Shown piece after piece: positions 46,159-58,898 of a stretch of 64,000 nt of DNA. Source of the DNA: Emiliania huxleyi CCMP1516 (taxonomy: Eukaryota); NCBI RefSeq assembly GCF_000372725.1, contig NW_005201792.1, forward strand, positions 437,440-501,439. Direction: 5' to 3'. The first letter of the stretch is position 1; each line of letters opens with the position of its first letter. Both the position numbers and the translations under genes were made by a program. The notes beneath the pieces were generated by a model that was not told the DNA's origin, did no database searches, and saw only the letters and a list, made by a program, of their open reading frames with translations.

Positions 46159-46168
46159 GCGGCGGCGG

Positions 46169-46200
<32 letters not shown>

Positions 46201-49200
46201 AGGCGGCGGTGGGGGCGAGGGCGGCGAGGGCGGCGGTGGGGGCGGTGGCGGATGCCGTCGGTGGCGATCCGGTGCACGACCGAGAGCGCCTCGCGCGCGT
46301 CTGCGCCGTCGCCGCGCCGCACCGCCATCCGAAGGCGGTCCGTGGTGTGGCGGCCGATCGGCGCGTCGATCACTGCGCGGCTGTGCGGCTCGCCGACGCA
46401 GACGGCGAGGTAGACCTGGCCGCAAGAGGGAGCAGTCGAGGTTAGGCGAGGTCCGTCGAGGCGAGGCGAGGCGAGGCGAGGGCGGGCATTGCACACGCGC
46501 CTCGGCCAATCTCGATGGATCTCGGCTCATCTCGAGGCGAGGCTAGGCGAGGGCGGGCCTTCCACACGCGCCTCGCCGCAAAGGCGGTGTNNNNNNNNNN
46601 NNNNNNNNNNNNNNNNNNNNNNNNNNNNNNNNNNNNNNNNNNNNNNNNNNNNNNNNNNNNNNNNNNNNNNNNNNNNNNNNNNNNNNNNNNTCGAGGGGGA
46701 GCGGCTCCGGCACCAAGCTCAGCTCCCGCTCCGCGCGCAGCCACACCTTCAGCGAGTCGCCCGCGCAGACGCGCGCCGCCTGCAACCCCACGCAGGCCCG
46801 CACCGGCCCGCTGAGGTGAGCCGAGGGGTCTCGCTTGCTCGAGGTTGGGAGGGGAGACAGCACGCGCCTAATCGCAGGCACAGGCCGCCTCGAGCGCTTC
46901 CGCCGCAGCCGCCGCAGCAGCGCCCGCCCAGCCACCTTCTTCACCCGACCGCCCCCGACGAGGACGTGGCCGTCGGCAGCGAGGCCGCCAAAGTAGCTTC
47001 GAGAGAGGGGAGGCAGCAGCGCCGCGAGCGCAGCGTCGACGCGCGAGCCGTCGAGCGAGTCGGGCACCGAGAGCTCGAGCGTGTCACCGCCGCCCTCGCC
47101 CTCGCAGCGCGGGTTAGGGTCGCTGCCCGCATCCCCGACGCTGCCCGCATCCCCGTCGGCCGGCGAGGAGGCGGAGGCGGAGGTGGGGGCGGGCGCCGTC
47201 TGCTCGAGAGCGGCGAGCCGCGAGAAGGCGAGCAGCCGCTGCCGGTCCAGGCCGTGGATCGAGCACGCCTCGAGCACACCTGCCGGGACAGCGGTCTCCG
47301 CGTGTGCCACGCAGACTGAAGACTCTCGAATCTCCTCTCGCTCGGGAGCCTTGATCGACGCCGCAAATGTCAGCGGCGGAGTGTATGCCCTTGGCGGTGA
47401 GGCACTCTGCATATTCGACCGCGACCGACCCCTGCACATCGAGCGCACTCAGCTCCGCCGCCAGAAGCCGCGTTCGCCGCCGCCGCTCACGCAGCTCGTG
47501 CCGGCTCAGCGTCTCGGAGGCCGCAGCCGCAGCGCAGCGAGGCGCAGGCGCGCGGACGGACCGCGAGCCACCAGCCACCGCGAGCGTGGCCGCGAGGGTG
47601 GCGGCGAGCAGCATCAGAAAGGAGGAGCGCACGACACGAGCGAGCTCGTCGCGCGCTCTCGTTCGTGCTCCTCTAGCCAACCGATGGCGTGAGATAGGGT
47701 GCTGACCTTTCTCGCCGAGGCTCGCCGTGGCCCCACACGGCGGCCTCTGCTCGCGTTTTCGAGCCAGGACCTTCGTCCGGGCCCACGGCCGGCACGCCGT
47801 CAAATTTTCTCGCCGATCCCGCGCGCTCGGCCGCCACCGCGGCGCCTCCGAGAGCGCCGTTTCGACACGCTGCAGCCGCGGGCCGCGGCACCTCGACACA
47901 CCGCCTCTCGCGCCGCCTTGAGGTGCTCCGATCGTGCACGCGGGTCGGCTCGGCACGGTGCGTGCAAATTATTGCATGTATTCGCACTCGCTGCGCCACG
48001 TATCTGCCTCTGACGGCCCGATACGCCACCCGAAGCGCCACCGGTCCACACACGCGGGGCTGCGCGACTCTCTCGCGGCCCACCGCCCTCCCACACGCCG
48101 TTCGACCTCCACACAGGCGCTCGCTCGAGCCTCGCCGTCCGGGCGGTCCTGCGCGTCCAGATCTCGGCGACCATGACCCGCCACGCGCCAGCTCTGCACC
48201 TCTCCCGCGCGCGCCCGGCTGCTGGCATGGCGTGGCGGGCGAGGCTGGCGCGCTGCGACCGGTGGAGCGCCGCGCGGGCAGCGCACCAGCCTCGCACGCG
48301 GAGGGAGTACAATATTATAAAGACCTATGATTCGTNNNNNNNNNNNNNNNNNNNNNNNNNNNNNNNNNNNNNNNNNNNNNNNNNNNNNNNNNNNNNNNNN
48401 NNNNNNNNNNNNNNNNNNNNNNNNNNNNNNNNNNNGTCTCCCTCCGGGGTACAGTCTGACATCACTGCCGGCGAGGCGAGAGTCAGGAATTAAAACAAAG
48501 CATTGGTTGGTCGTCACCGGGAGGCGCGGGAGGGGGCGGGGAGGGGGCGGGGAGGGGCGGGGGGCGGGGAGGGGCGGGGGGAGGGGCGGGGGGCGGAGCT
48601 CCCTCCGCCTGTCGAGGCGGTGCACCACACCGGGCCGGAGCCCCGAGCCAGACACGTCGGGGAGCAGGTCGGAGGAAGGAGAGGCGGGGGCCGAGCCGGG
48701 CGTGGCTTCGGTCCGCTGCAGCAGCATGCGGTGGAGGAGGCCGTGGACGAGGGTGCCGCTCCAGTGGCCGGGCGCCTGGGGCGGGGGCGGGAGAGGGGGG
48801 AGGGGAGGGGTGGGGTGGGGGGGCGGAAAGGGTAAGGGGAGGCTGGAGGGGCGAGGGGACATCCACCGGGTGGACGACGAGCCCGGCTTGCTTGTTGAGC
48901 ACTACAACGTGCTCGTCCTCGAGTAGCACCTACTCACCCCAACCCACAACCCACCCTCACCCTCGCAGCGGGATGGCCGGCCGCCGCCCTCGACGCGCCG
49001 CCTCGAGGGGGAGCGGCTCCGGCACCAAGCTCAGCTCCCGCTCCGCGCGCAGCCACACCTTCAGCGAGTCGCCCGCGCAGACGCGCGCCGCCTGCAACCC
49101 CACGCAGGCCCGCACCGGCCCGCTGAGGTGAGCCGAGGGGTCTCGCTTGCTCGAGGTTGGGAGGGGAGACAGCACGCGCCTAATCGCAGGCACAGGCCGC

Positions 49201-49920
49201 CTCGAGCGCTTCCGCCGCAGCCGCCGCAGCAGCGCCCGCCCAGCCACCTTCTTCACCCGACCGCCCCCGACGAGGACGTGGCCGTCGGCAGCGAGGCCGC
49301 CAAAGTAGCTTCGAGAGAGGGGAGGCAGCAGCGCCGCGAGCGCAGCGTCGACGCGCGAGCCGTCGAGCGAGTCGGGCACCGAGAGCTCGAGCGTGTCACC
49401 GCCGCCCTCGCCCTCGCAGCGCAGGTCGCTGCCCGCATCCCCGACGCTGCCCGCATCCCCGTCGGCCGGCGAGGAGGCGGAGGCGGAGGTGGGGGCGGGC
49501 GCCGTCTGCTCGAGAGCGGCGAGCCGCGAGAAGGCGAGCAGCCGCTGCCGGTCCAGGCCGTGGATCGAGCACGCCTCGAGCACACCTGCCGGGACAGCGG
49601 TCTCCGCGTGTGCCACGCAGACTGAAGACTCTCGAATCTCCTCTCGCTCGGGAGCCTTGATCGACGCCGCAAATGTCAGCGGCGGAGTGTATGCCCTTGG
49701 CGGTGAGGCACTCTGCATATTCGACCGCGACCGACCCCTGCACATCGAGCGCACTCAGCTCCGCCGCCAGAAGCCGCGTTCGCCGCCGCCGCTCACGCAG
49801 CTCGTGCCGGCTCAGCATCTCGGAGGCCGCAGCCGCAGCGCAGCGAGGCGCAGGCGCGCGGACGGACCGCGAGCCACCAGCCACCGCGAGCGTGGCCGCG
49901 AGGGTGGCGGCGAGCAGCAT
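45609..49920 (-). CDS. RluA/RluD-family pseudouridine synthase, probably plastid-targeted; split by gaps and a duplicated contig
   Basis: S4-like RVDAALA, LNKQAGLVVHP, GVVHRLD, YLAVCVG, TGRTHQIRVHL, VLGDPLYG, LLHARELRLAHP. Signal peptide MLLAATL. Confidence 0.85.
46691..47660. repeat. Near-identical duplicate of 49003-49966, probably the allelic haplotype placed between N-gaps
   Basis: About 970 bp nearly identical, differing by a 6-bp indel and a few SNPs. The contig is flanked by N runs. Confidence 0.85.
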
Positions 49921-50274
49921 CAGAAAGGAGGAGCGCACGACACGAGCGAGCTCGTCGCGCGCTCTCTCTCGTTCTGTCGTGCTCCCGCAGTAACGAGGAG
50001 TTTTTTTACAGAGGCAGGTGTCGCCCACAAACAAGAGAAATCATGCGCGCCGTATTTGACAAGGCAGTCGGCTGGTTAGGCACCCCCTGCTTCGGCGCGG
50101 CCGCGGCGCCAAGCACAATGTTTGGCAAGCCCCTGCTTGGGAGTTCCGCGCCTCGCGAGTGCGTCTTCAACGCGGTGCCTGAAAGACAGAGAGCAGAGAC
50201 TGTGTCCCAGTAGTGCGCTCAGCGGCGCGTGCGCCTGGCTGCCTCCGCAAACTCCCGGCTGCTTCCACTGTGCA

Positions 50275-50680
50275 GGCCCTCTGCTGCTACACGTCGGTCT
50301 CGCCGGACGACGTGCTCATCGGCTGCCGCGGCGAGGACGAGCTTCTCTGCGTCCACACGCGCTACTGCCTCGCGTCAGGGGACAAGGCCTTCCCGGTCTC
50401 CTTGGAGTGCTCGCCAGAGGAGATTATGCGGAATCGTGGCGGCACGGTTTGCGAGCTCTCGCTTGCCGCCGCAGCGCTCAAGGTCAAGATGCCGTCCACG
50501 CTGTATCGGCACCACGACCGCTTCTTCTGCCTACGCTCCGCCGGCGCCTTCCCGCTGCAGGACCCCGTCCCCACGCCGGTGTGCGCCTTTTGTTGTTGCC
50601 GCGTGCTGCCCAGGCCGATGGGCCCGCTCGCGCCGCCGCTCGGCGGCAAGCCCACCACCAACCTGATCATGCGCCGCTGA
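50275..50680 (+). CDS. Small Cys-rich hypothetical protein (last exon)
   Basis: ALCCYTSV...PVCAFCCCRVLP follows an AG acceptor. The upstream exon is not resolved. Confidence 0.45.
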
Positions 50681-50875
50681 GAGTGTCTCCGACCTCGAGC
50701 GATCGACACCAGCGCCGCGGGACGACGGGGAGACGCCGGCAGACGCGGCACCGCCGGCGGGGAGTCCCCCCTCAGTCCGGGAGAGATATCTCTGTTACAG
50801 AGTCTCTGAACCCAAAAATATCATTCGTGCGCGGTCTTCGTCACGCTCTCAACACCTACCGTGCCTGCCCGCGGC

Positions 50876-52626
50876 TCAGACTGTAGACATGTTCCACGGC
50901 CGTTGCGGGGGGATATCTCGTGCACATGCCGCCCGCGTGTACAGGCGCTCCAGCCGCGCCGGACTGATCAGCGTGCTTCCATTCTGCACGCGCGCGATGC
51001 AGCCGACGGGGCAGATTGGGTGCGCCGAGTACTCGAGCCCTCGCAGCTGAGCAATGTTGCGATAGTAAAACATGCGCGTTTGATGCAGATTGTGTATCTC
51101 GTGGACGGCCGCTCCCGGCTGCGCCCACATGACCTGCATCATCTGGGCGCCTATCAAGAGGGTACGCGTGTGACCGTAACATCGCTCGGCGAGCGCAACT
51201 CGGCCTAGAACGCACCGTGGAGGCCGACAATGGTGTGGCATCTCCTCGCCTCCTCAACTTGATGCCGCATCGACATGCCCGGCCGAAAGTGGACGAACCG
51301 GACTCGCCTGGCCAGTCTCTGCCGGAGAGCGTCGGGGTTCGACTCCTTGCGAGCGTCGATGGAGCGGAGCCTGAGCCAGAAGCAGGGCTCGCGGCCCTCT
51401 GGGGGAAACTCAGAGGCGCCGAGCCGTCGGGAGAGGTCGCCGACAAATAGGGAGAACACCCTTTGCTGCGTCGGCGCACAGCGCCGCGGAGTTCGGCCTA
51501 GGCTCCACAGTCGGTCCACCGGCAGCGGGTCTTTGTGCCATGTCGACATCTTCGGGGACATGTCGGGCACACTGAGCCTATTGACAGCGTCAGGTAGTGA
51601 GCAGACGGTGTCGGACCGAGGCAGCATGTTTGCCGCTCGTAGCCTGGTGGCACACGCTGTCGGCGGCTGTCGGCGGATCGCCCCACCAACCAGGCCAGCC
51701 CAGAGCTGTCGAGACACGTTCCCCTGGTCCTTTCGGCGCGTGAAATGTAGATCGGCGTTTGAGATGTTGAAGCTGTGCATGGCCAGCCAGACTGTGAATG
51801 CACGCGTCAGCAAGTGCCAGATGTTTTGGTCCTCGAGACGAAAGCCACATCCGTTACAGGCGCGGTCGACCTCAACTATAGTCCGGCTCCCAGGTTGCTG
51901 ACACGCCTGCCGCGCCGCCCCGCATTCAGTGGCCACCCATGCTGGCGCCAGCTCGGAGATTGGAGAAGCTAGTTCGCGGCACCGTACCAACATCGCCTCA
52001 GTAGGCATGACACCACAGCCCCTTTCTTGGATCATTTGCTCCACGGACGTGAAGGCCAGGCTGAAACGGAGCGTCTGAAGGGATGCGGCACGAATGGCGC
52101 CCAGTTGTCCTACAGATAGCTCCTTCTCGGGCGTCGCGCGGTGTAGAATACACGCCCCCTCCTCTTGCCCTCGGCAGGCATGACCCGAGCGCAGGATCTC
52201 GGGCATGCAGCATTGATGCTGGCCACCCGGGCGCTTGGAGCAGCCCGGCCCGCCGCAAGTCCCGCACGAGGCATTGCAACATACCTGATTGCTCTCGTCC
52301 CAGCCGACCAAACACTGCCTCTGGCCTCGAGCGACTTGCGCAGTGGCGCACGGTGCAGCATGCCGCCTCTCTACGCGCGCTGTGATGAGAGTATTGCCGG
52401 TCCTCTGCATCCCACCATTGGCCGTATTCCCTGCAAGTGCACCCCCAAGAATGCATACCACGTCCGCCTGAGACTCGCAGCTCCGTCTCGCGCGCAGGAT
52501 CGCGGGCATGCAGCATTGGCGAGGGCCACCCGGCCGCTTGGAACAGCCGCGGCCGCCGCACACCCCACAAGTCGCGTTGCAGCAGACTTGGTGAGTTGGG
52601 TGCAGAGCGCCGGCCAAGCAGGCCAT
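50876..52626 (-). CDS. Glycosyltransferase family 61-like protein with two N-terminal Cys-rich modules
   Basis: MSMRHQV...TIVGLHG|AQMMQVMWAQPGAAVHEI...YYRNIA, with an intron at 51151-51215. CC..CG.CGG.GCSKRPGG..QCC occurs twice. Confidence 0.7.
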
Positions 52627-53031
52627 TGGATGTGTCGAGAGAACTGAGGTGAGGGGGCCAGGGGGACGCACACTGCCGAGAGCCGAGGGGGACGCACGCT
52701 TCTCACGGCTCACGCAAAAGGGCAGCCAGAGGTCTTGAACTTTGACTGAGTTCCCGCCTTTCCCAAAAAACATACACTGAGAGAGAGAGTACGTACACTG
52801 AAAAAGAGAGTTTTGCAGGAAAACTCCCTCGCAGTGTCGTGCAAAAAAGAGAGATTTACAACAAAGCTCCCTCGCACAGTGTTGTGCAAAAAAGAGAGGT
52901 GTGAATGAATGAATAACATCCCCAAAAGGGGCGCACCCTGCCTGCGCCTGCCTGGACCACACGCACGCACGCACTCCAGCCAGGACTCAGCAGACGATCG
53001 ACGACCTGGTCGGCTGGTCGCCGGCATATAC

Positions 53032-53770
53032 TTAGCCATTCGCGTTCCCACCTTCCTTGGGCAGCCAGTTCTTCATGTACTCCTCGAGCACGTTTGCGAA
53101 CGTCTCGCGATTAAGCCAACCCGACCCGTCCCCGTTCGGACCCGTCGCACTGAATTCTTTCTCGTCCTCGTCGCGCTCGATGCTCAGCATCGGTGCCGCC
53201 ATGTTCACCGCGTCCTCCTCCTCGATAACGAAGAAGCGTGGCGCGCACGGCGGGAGTCGTGCGGGTTCTGCGGCGGCGGCGTTCGGCGCGGACTTGTCCG
53301 TGTGCCACCGCAGCAGGTAGCTCTTGAAGGCGCACAGCCTGTGCGAACCGTCGATCATGCGGAAGGCGGAGCCGCACCTGTGTGGCGGGGGAAGGGAGAG
53401 CACGGGGGCGGCCCGCGTGAGCTGAAGAGGGCGGGAGGTCGCGAGGTCGTCGACGAGCCGCGAGAGTGTGCGCGAGGGCAAGAGCGGGGGGAGGGGGGGG
53501 GGGGGGGGAAGGCGAGAAGGCGAGGCGTCGCCGCACGGGTTCTGCGTGCTCCGTACGAGGATGCCAGGCACGCTCGGGCAAACCTGCGCGCGAGCAGCCA
53601 GGGGTGAGGGAGACCTCGACCCCGAGGATATGAGTCTGTGAGCTGCGGGCCGCGCGCGCGCACGTGCTCCATCTGGCCGTCCATCAGGCGAGAGCCGCAC
53701 ATGCGACCCAAGCCTTGGGCACCGTCGTGCGGCAGGCCGAGTGGGGGCTCCGCGCTGATCTTGCCCATGC
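53032..53770 (-). CDS. Hypothetical protein, spliced
   Basis: Protein-like segments MGKISAEPP..., CGSAFRMIDGSHRLCAFK and WLNRETFANVLEEYMKNW, separated by intron-like tracts. Confidence 0.4.
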
Positions 53771-54640
53771 CTAATTACACCGGCGTTCGGCCGAGGTGCG
53801 GCCGACGGGGATGAGAGGCTCTGCTCTCTGAGGGGGGGTGAGAGAGGCGCTGCCACCTTTGTGGCAGATCAGGTGCAGCGGCACGCGACGGGGAGCGAGA
53901 CGGCGATGTTCAATGTGGTTCATCGCCGCCATCAAGGGGATGCCCCAGCCCGCGCCATGCCCCGCCAGCGTCCACCCGTGCGCGAACGAGTGCCACTCGT
54001 GCAGCACCTTCAACAGCGGCCTCGGGTGCGTGCAGCTGTCCATGAGCATCTTGCTGCAAATGTGGGCCTCTCCGCCCCCATAGATATCATTGGCCGAGCC
54101 CTCGGCCTGGGCTGGCGGATCAGCGTCCACCAACGGCATTTCTTGCTGGCTGGCGCCGAGCATGCCCCACAGCCGCACCACCTCCGCCCGCGCCGCCGCC
54201 AATTTTTCGGCCGCATGCTCCTTGGCCGCCACCGCTGCTGACGCCTGCACCACCGCCTCCGCCTCCAACCGCGCCCGCGCAGCCTCCGCCACGAGCCGCG
54301 CCTCCCGCTCCCGCGCAGCCTCCGCCACGAGCCGCGCCTCCCGCTCCGCCGCTGCATGCGCCTCCGCCTCCGCCTTTGCATCCAGCCGCAAAACGCTCAG
54401 GGCCCGCCCCGCCCAAAAAGCGAGGACCACGCATCCGAGTGCAGTCACGGTGAGCACCGCGAGCAGCAGCACATGCTTCGGCTCCCTTGCCTTTGCACGC
54501 CGCTTCCGCTTCCGCGACTTGCTGCCCGGGTCTGAGCTGGGGCCGTCGGACGGCCCGCCAGCGTCGCCAGGCCCACCGTCCGCCATCGACGCCATCTCCC
54601 AGCTGTTGCAGCGGTAAAGCCGCCTTGGGGACGACGCCAT
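53771..54640 (-). CDS. Hypothetical single-TM coiled-coil protein
   Basis: Basic stretch, TM segment (VLLLAVLTVTALGCVVLAFW) and AEAAREREARL repeats. May splice into the 53032 segment. Confidence 0.5.
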   Translation of the reverse strand: MASSPRRLYRCNSWEMASMADGGPGDAGGPSDGPSSDPGSKSRKRKRRAKAREPKHVLLLAVLTVTALGCVVLAFWAGRALSVLRLDAKAEAEAHAAAEREARLVAEAAREREARLVAEAARARLEAEAVVQASAAVAAKEHAAEKLAAARAEVVRLWGMLGASQQEMPLVDADPPAQAEGSANDIYGGGEAHICSKMLMDSCTHPRPLLKVLHEWHSFAHGWTLAGHGAGWGIPLMAAMNHIEHRRLAPRRVPLHLICHKGGSASLTPPQRAEPLIPVGRTSAERRCN

Positions 54641-54778
54641 TCGGGGAGAGAGCAACCGGGGAGAGAGCAACCTGGGGAGAGAGCAATCTAACTCGCGCGA
54701 CGCTGTTCATAGAAAAACACCAAACCCCCAAGTACAAGCACAGACAGTCGAGATGAAAACAAATCGTTGTGCGCAGTA

Positions 54779-56739
54779 CTAGCCCAACAGAGGGGCGACC
54801 GCCCTCTCCAGGTAGGTTTGCCGCTCACTGGCCGTCGCGAAGCCATCCCACTCGTAGAATGGAACGCTGATCACCCCCCAGCAGCCACCGCGAGGAGGCG
54901 CCGCTTGAGCATCGTTGGCCCATTGGGTTTGCGCACGCCCCGGCCGTCGGGCAGCAGGAAATGAGAGGGGCCGTCCACCTCGACCGCGATGCGTGATGAG
55001 GGCAGAGCCAGGTCGAGCGAGTAGCCGGTGCGCGGCTCGAGATGCTCCTCCTCGAAGCCGCGCTGGACGGCGGCGAGTGCAGCCGCGACGGAGCGCTGCA
55101 AGCCTGACGGCCGAGCTATGGTCGCCACCATAGCGTTCGCGGCAAAGCTGGCGCTGGGGTGCGGGGAGGAGATGCTGCTTGCCGTCTTCGCCTCGCCCAA
55201 GAGAGAGCCAGAGCTGCCACTGGTGAAGCTGAGAGCGGCCCCCGACGCTCCACGTTGACGGATCCCGCGCGAGCGAGTCGCTGATCACGCGCGAGCAGTC
55301 TGCAAGCAGCACCTGGTGGTAGTGGCCCGCCGTCGCATACGCCCACACCGTGTTGGCCAGGTCCTGAGGGTTGAAGCGAGCCAGCCCGCCGCGCACCGCC
55401 GCCTCCGCCACCGCCGCGTACAGCGCGTCTGCAGCCACGCCCGCCGTCGCATACGCCCACACCGTGTTGGCCAACTCCTGCGGCTTGAAGCTAGCCAGCC
55501 TGCTCCCCACCGTCGCCTCCGCCACAGCCGCGTACAGCGCGTCTGCAGCCACGCCCGCCGTCGCATACACCCACACCGTGTTGGCCAGGTTCTGAGAGGT
55601 GAAGCTTTCCAGCCCGCCGCGCACCGCCGCCTCCGCCACCGCCACGTACAGCGCGTTTGCAGCCACGCCCGCCGTCGCATACGCCCACACCGTGTTGGCC
55701 AGGTCCTGCGGCTTGAAGCTAGCCAGCCTGCTCCCCACCGTCGCCTCCGCCACAGCCGCGTACAGCGCGTCTGCAGCCACGCCCGCCGTCGCATACGCCC
55801 ACACCGTGTTGGCCAACTCCTGCGGCTTGAAGCTAGCCAGCCTGCTCCCCACCGCCGCCTCCGCCACAGCCGCGTACAGCGCGTCCGCAGCCACGCCCGC
55901 CGTCGCATACGCCCACACCGTGTTGGCCAGCTCCTGCGGCTTGAAGCCAGCCAGCCTGCTCCCCACCGCCGCCTCCGCCACAGCCGCGTACAGCGCGTCC
56001 GCAGCCACGCCCGCCGTCGCATACGCCCACACCGTGTTGGCAAGCCCCTGCGGCTTGAAGCCAGCCAGCCTGCTCCCCACCGCCGCCTCCGCCACCGCTA
56101 CGAACAACGGGTGCACCACGCTCGCTTGCTGGCCGCACTTTGCCACGCCGTGAGTGAGGTTCGCCAGTGCTCGCGCATTGCACGACGAGACGAGGTCGAG
56201 TGTGCGCTGCACCAGCTGCTCAAGCTGCTCCTCGTGCCGCCGCTCGATGCGCTGCTTGCCCAGCTTGTTCCACAGGTTCGCAGCGTGGATGTGGTCCAAA
56301 GTCGTGCTTTGGGCAGCAAAGAGCGCGAGCAATGCGTCAGCGCTGCCGGCCTGGCTTATCAAAGCGGTCAGCTTCCGAGGGACCTGATCACTGTCAGCGC
56401 AGCGGCTAGAGAAGGGGCGATCATTGCACACTCGTGCGTCGCGTCCTTGCGCACCGTTCATCGGCGGTCCCACCCGGCGACCGCTGTGCTGAGCTGCCCT
56501 TCGTCGCGTCGGTCGCGCGGGTCATGGTCGCGCCTGTGATCGTGGTACCGATAATCGCGCCGATCGTGCCAGTCGCGCTCGCGCTCGCCTCTGCTCCGAC
56601 GGCCGTAGCCGCGCCGCTCGTCATGCCGCCCGTCATGGTGCGGCCATTGCTCGTCTTGCCAACGCTCGTCGCGCCGTCGCAGCTCATCCCGCCGCGGCTC
56701 ATCGCGCGATCGCGACCCTGTCGCGATTCGCCCCACCAT
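54779..56739 (-). pseudogene. Octotricopeptide-repeat (OPR) + RAP-domain protein with frameshifts
   Basis: Seven near-identical 38-aa repeats (FKPQELANTVWAYATAG...). RAP motifs YSLDLAL..IAVEVDGPSHF..LKRRLL lie in a shifted frame. Confidence 0.8.
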
Positions 56740-57079
56740 CGCCACTCTTCGCGTCCGCACTCGGCGCGCTGAATGGCGAGCGGATGCGCGCGTCAGTCGA
56801 ATGAAGCTTTTTGGTGTTTTGTTTTGCGTTTCTCTCTCTCTCAGTGTACTTTTCTCTCTCTCTCAGTGTATGTAGCTCTTACGTTCATTCCCGGAGGAGC
56901 ACTGCTGACGGGGTTTGCGATGAGGAGCGATCCGAACGTGGCATTCGGGTGATTAGATCACTACCGCCGAAACGCAATTGTTGTGTGTGGCTCTTTTTTA
57001 GCCTTGAGAAAGAAAGAAAGAACAAAACAAAGAAAACACACAAGGAAGAAACAAAGAAAGCAGACAAGCCAAGGGAACA

Positions 57080-57720
57080 TTCCTAAAACCCAAGGGAAGG
57101 GATGCGGATGGGAGGACGGCACGCCGCCACCACACAGGGATTTTAAGGAGAAGAGTGTGGAGCTAGCCGTCGCCCACCCTTGGGCGTCTGCCTCTTCCTA
57201 TCTCTCTTCGCAGTTTCTCACCAATTCTCGCAGCGACCTCCATGCCGCCTCGCGGTCGTCTCACTCTCGTCGTTCTCTCTCCAGACTCCACTCCTGCCGC
57301 TTCATCCTCTGACTCATCGCTCTCCTCGGCCTCGTTCTGCGACGACGACGCCGCCTGCCGATCCCTTGCTTTCGCGGCTTCTCCCGCCTCTCGGCGCAAC
57401 TCCGCCCTCCTCGCGGCGTATTTTGGCCCCTCGAGTTTATCGAGCTCTCCTCGCGCAAGGACGACTCTTCTGACACCCACTCCGATCATTTGCCGCCAAG
57501 TCATGTCGTTGCTCAGGTCCACTCTCGTTTCGAACACTTGTACCTCCACACAGTCGTCGTCATCGATTCGTCTTCCGGAGTCCTTCCGTTCGGCGTGGCT
57601 CACCCTCCATGCCGTGAACAGGCGCCCTATCCATCCATCGTTCCTATGTTCTTCTCTCGCTCCTCTGCCCGTGCCTTGGTCTTGTCGTTGTTTCGTAACC
57701 AGGGCCACGGAATTCTTTTA
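57080..57720 (-). mobile_element. Non-LTR retroposon 3' remnant (family A)
   Basis: Homologous to 9500-9965 and extends further 5'. Confidence 0.65.
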
Positions 57721-58101
57721 CCACCCAAGACAGCTTGGAGAGCTCCCGGGTACAGGTACGTGCTTTGGTTTCACAACACGTTTGGTCCTCGCTATGGTAC
57801 GGCTCACCAGATGCGACAGGAGGGCTAAAATCCGGAATATAGACTGCCAAGAGGGTGCTCTAGGCCGCGAAGACACCACACACGGTCTCCCTACTCATGC
57901 GCGGCTAGCAGGAGGGTGCCAAAAATGAGGCGCGTTGTGAAACCGCAGCTGGCCCCGCCGACGGGTAGCACAGGTCATGAGTGAGGCCACGCCAGCTACC
58001 TCGGGTGCTCCGTGTGGTCGGCCTGGACCGTGCCGCAAGCCTCGAGCAGCGGAGAAGCGCTGTCCTTGAAGTCCAGACATGCTTCGCCGCCGTGGCGCAG
58101 C

Positions 58102-58151
58102 GCCGCAGTGCGAGCGAGCACTGCAGCTGCAGTGCTCGCTCGCACTGCGGC
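58102..58151. repeat. Perfect 50-bp palindrome
   Basis: gccgcagtgcgagcgagcactgcag|ctgcagtgctcgctcgcactgcggc. Confidence 0.95.
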
Positions 58152-58898
58152 ACCCATCGACTCCCTGCGCTCCGGGCACATTGGCAAATGTGCCGGCGGC
58201 CTTGTGGACGGCTCGGGCACGAATTGCGCGACGGCGCGGCGTCTCGAGGCGGCCGTGTTGTGAAAACGAAGCTGTTGCGAAACCGAAGCCCGGACCTGTA
58301 CTCGAGTAAGGCTACATTTCGTAACGATGGTCGCTAAACGACACGCTATTGGCCATCTGCCTCCTGCAGCCTCTGTTGGGGCGGAATGCGCGGGGTTTTC
58401 GGCGCGATGCCTCCGGCTAGTACACGGTACTGCTCTGCCGCAAACTCTCCTGCGCTCGCGTGACGTGTGGGGCGCACGCACTGCGCTCGAAAGTCGCGAT
58501 TTGGCAATAGGCGCTCGAGCCGGCGCGCAGTGGAGGGGGCGCCGCGCAGGGGGATCGGGGGGGTGCGAGAGGGGGCGTGGGTCGGGCGCGCACCGGCCGG
58601 CTCCGGGAGCGGCCGTCACGTCGAAGAGGGGACCTGGTGCTGCTCGAATGACGACGCATGCCGCTCTGCTGCGCCGCCGATAGCCCCTCTTCCGAGCCGG
58701 CGCGTGGCGGCGAGCCGCGGCCAGTATCGCTGGTGCGGTGGAGGCGGCAGCTTGCATCGGCCGGCAGCGGGTGCGGCCATCACGTCGATGAGGGGGGGTT
58801 GTCGGCGACTCGTGTGGCTCGAGGCCTACGCTGACCGCCCAAGCCCTACTGCCGATCCAGCGCCTGGCGTTTGGGGCGAGCCGCGGTCGTCGTCGCTG

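Noticed and set aside
46691..48335. Apparent tandem duplication of the RluD gene
   Set aside because: The contig is bounded by two 100-N gaps, interrupts the exon order and is nearly identical to 49.0-50.0 kb. An allelic haplotype mis-scaffolded here is the best explanation.
55330..56100. Regular 114-bp repeats as a CRISPR-like array
   Set aside because: They are in-frame OPR coding repeats with no unique spacers and no cas genes.
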